Source of the DNA: Thermoanaerobaculaceae bacterium
GTDB taxonomy: Bacteria > Acidobacteriota > Thermoanaerobaculia > Multivoradales > UBA5704
Direction: 5' to 3'
Assembly (NCBI GenBank): GCA_963717295.1
Contig: OY970330.1
Location: 5,227,717-5,291,716 of the forward strand
Length of the DNA stretch: 64,000 nt
Both the position numbers and the translations under genes were made by a program. The notes under the pieces were generated by a model. It made no database searches and was not told the DNA's origin. It saw only the letters and a list, made by a program, of their open reading frames with translations. Positions 62,609-64,000 of the stretch are shown piece by piece. Within the stretch, counting starts at the first letter, position 1, and the number at the start of each line of letters is the position of its first letter.

Positions 62609-63739
62609 ATGCCCTTGTTCGAAACACCCGTCCCTGACGATCGGGAAACCGCTGTCCTGCTCGAGATTGAGTCCCTGAAGGCGAGCCTGAAGTACGCCAC
62701 CGCCCAGCCTCGGCGCTGGACAGGTCTGCTTCGGCGGAATGCCTTCGCTCGGGCGGTTCGGGGCTCGAACAGCATTGAGGGCTACAACGTCACCATGGAG
62801 GACGCCATCGCCGCCGTGGAAGGGGACGAACCCACCGCCCCCAGGGATGAAGCCTGGCTCGCCGTCGCCGGATACCGGATGGCCCTGACCTTCGTGCTGC
62901 AAAAGGCCGAAGATCCCCACTTCAAGTACTCCGACGAGGGGATCAAGGCCTTGCACTACATGATGGTCGGATGGGATCTGAGCAAACACCCGGGGCGATG
63001 GAGGCCCGGGCCGATTTTTGTCAGGAACGAGTCGACCGGAGACCAGGTCTACGAAGGCCCGCCGGCAGAAGCGGTGCAGCCGTTGATCATCGAGTTGGTG
63101 GACCGAATGAATTCCTCGGATCCGGATAACGCGATCATTCTGGGTGCGATGGCGCATCTGAACCTCGTGATGATCCACCCCTTTTCGGACGGCAATGGAA
63201 GGATGGCTCGCGGCCTGCAGACTCTTGTTCTCGCGAGGAGCGGAACGCTCTCTCCGCACTTTTGCAGTATCGAGGAGTATCTCGGCAGAAATACGCAGAG
63301 TTACTACGACGTGCTGGCCGAAGTCGGCGGCGGCTCCTGGAGCCCAGGCAGAGACGCAAGGCCATGGATCCGGTTCTGCCTTCGCGCGCACTATCATCAG
63401 GCCCAGACCCTGCTGCGGCGCTCACGAGAGATTCAACTGCTTTGGGACGAGCTCGAGACTCTGATCGAGAAAAGATCCTTACCCGAGCGATCCGTCGTGG
63501 CGCTGGCGGATGCGGCGCTGGGCTTAAAAGTCCGCAACACCTCGTACCGGGCAGCGGCGCAGGTCAATGAGCTCGCGGCGAGTCGGGACCTCAAGAGCCT
63601 CGTCGACGCAGGGCTGTTGGTCAAACAGGGAGAAAATCGGGGCCGGTTTTACACCGCGTCTAACGAGATTCTATCGATTCGCCGTAGAACGACCGAGCCC
63701 CGCTCGCCGCGGTCTGACCCCTTCGCAGAGGCCGGTTAA
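62609..63739 (+). CDS. fic: Fic-family protein (AMPylase-type)
   Basis: HPFSDGNGRMARG Fic motif. Probable ATG 62609 with AAAGGA SD. The ORF-track TTG start at 62579 is less likely. Confidence 0.8.
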   Translation: MPLFETPVPDDRETAVLLEIESLKASLKYATAQPRRWTGLLRRNAFARAVRGSNSIEGYNVTMEDAIAAVEGDEPTAPRDEAWLAVAGYRMALTFVLQKAEDPHFKYSDEGIKALHYMMVGWDLSKHPGRWRPGPIFVRNESTGDQVYEGPPAEAVQPLIIELVDRMNSSDPDNAIILGAMAHLNLVMIHPFSDGNGRMARGLQTLVLARSGTLSPHFCSIEEYLGRNTQSYYDVLAEVGGGSWSPGRDARPWIRFCLRAHYHQAQTLLRRSREIQLLWDELETLIEKRSLPERSVVALADAALGLKVRNTSYRAAAQVNELAASRDLKSLVDAGLLVKQGENRGRFYTASNEILSIRRRTTEPRSPRSDPFAEAG

Positions 63740-63754
63740 GACCCGCGGAAAAGG

Positions 63755-63871
63755 ACCAGCTGACCCCCCGCCGGATAGGCCTCGAACCATCCCTGGAACG
63801 CCTTCCCTGCCCCGCGCCACCGGGAAAGCCAGACCCGCAGTCCCAGGGCTGCCACGATACGCGATTCTGGG
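63755..63871 (-). pseudogene. diverged duplicate of the mltA 5' end (TM anchor region)
   Basis: Minus strand encodes ...AALGLRVWLSRWRGAGKAFQGWFEAYPAGGQLVLFRGS-stop versus MltA AALGLRFWLARWRGAGEVFSGWFTAYPPGERLVLNPATF. ~80% DNA identity over ~95 bp with 61950-62045. Confidence 0.3.
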
Positions 63872-64000
63872 AGCGCTGAGAGACCTGCTGACCGGCAACA
63901 GTGCTATTCTTGATGAAGCAATGCAGCCGTGTCTGAAGTGGCTGAGGAGGCCAACATGCGCGCTCTATATCTCTCTTTGGTTGCGCTGTCTGCTATTTAT

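Overview
This is a high-GC (roughly 65-70%) chromosomal segment that looks Acidobacteria-like: it carries an ADOP-type duplicated orphan permease, mglBA, and many secreted proteins. On the minus strand the backbone runs purS-purQ-purL-purF, followed by two MBL-fold hydrolases, a secreted PAP2/vanadium-haloperoxidase-like enzyme and miaE. Next comes an asd-lysC-dapB-dapA-dapD block in which lysC, dapB, dapA and dapD are riddled with frameshifts while the flanking asd and miaE are intact. Further along are htpG and a cysM-mec-cysO::moeZ operon in which the sulfur-carrier protein is fused in-frame to its E1/rhodanese. After that come a CBM-rich pullulanase, an aldehyde dehydrogenase, tRNA-Ser(GCU), tkt, mnmA, a yvcK-like gene, mglB-mglA, an ECF sigma/anti-sigma pair, a DUF5916-like outer-membrane protein, brnTA, a NodU/CmcH carbamoyltransferase, mltA and fic. 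Two lower-GC accessory islands (about 13.0-18.6 kb and 23.4-30.4 kb) hold degenerate toxin-antitoxin modules, gene fragments, several repeat families, and a Shedu(DUF4263)-like nuclease next to an Mrr-like two-domain nuclease. At 57.9-62.4 kb there is a cluster of small Cys-rich secreted peptides plus two RiPP-like precursor peptides that share a Lys-rich double-Gly leader. ORF-track starts labelled M are often TTG/GTG codons or spurious N-terminal extensions. Many long antisense ORFs are GC-driven artefacts.
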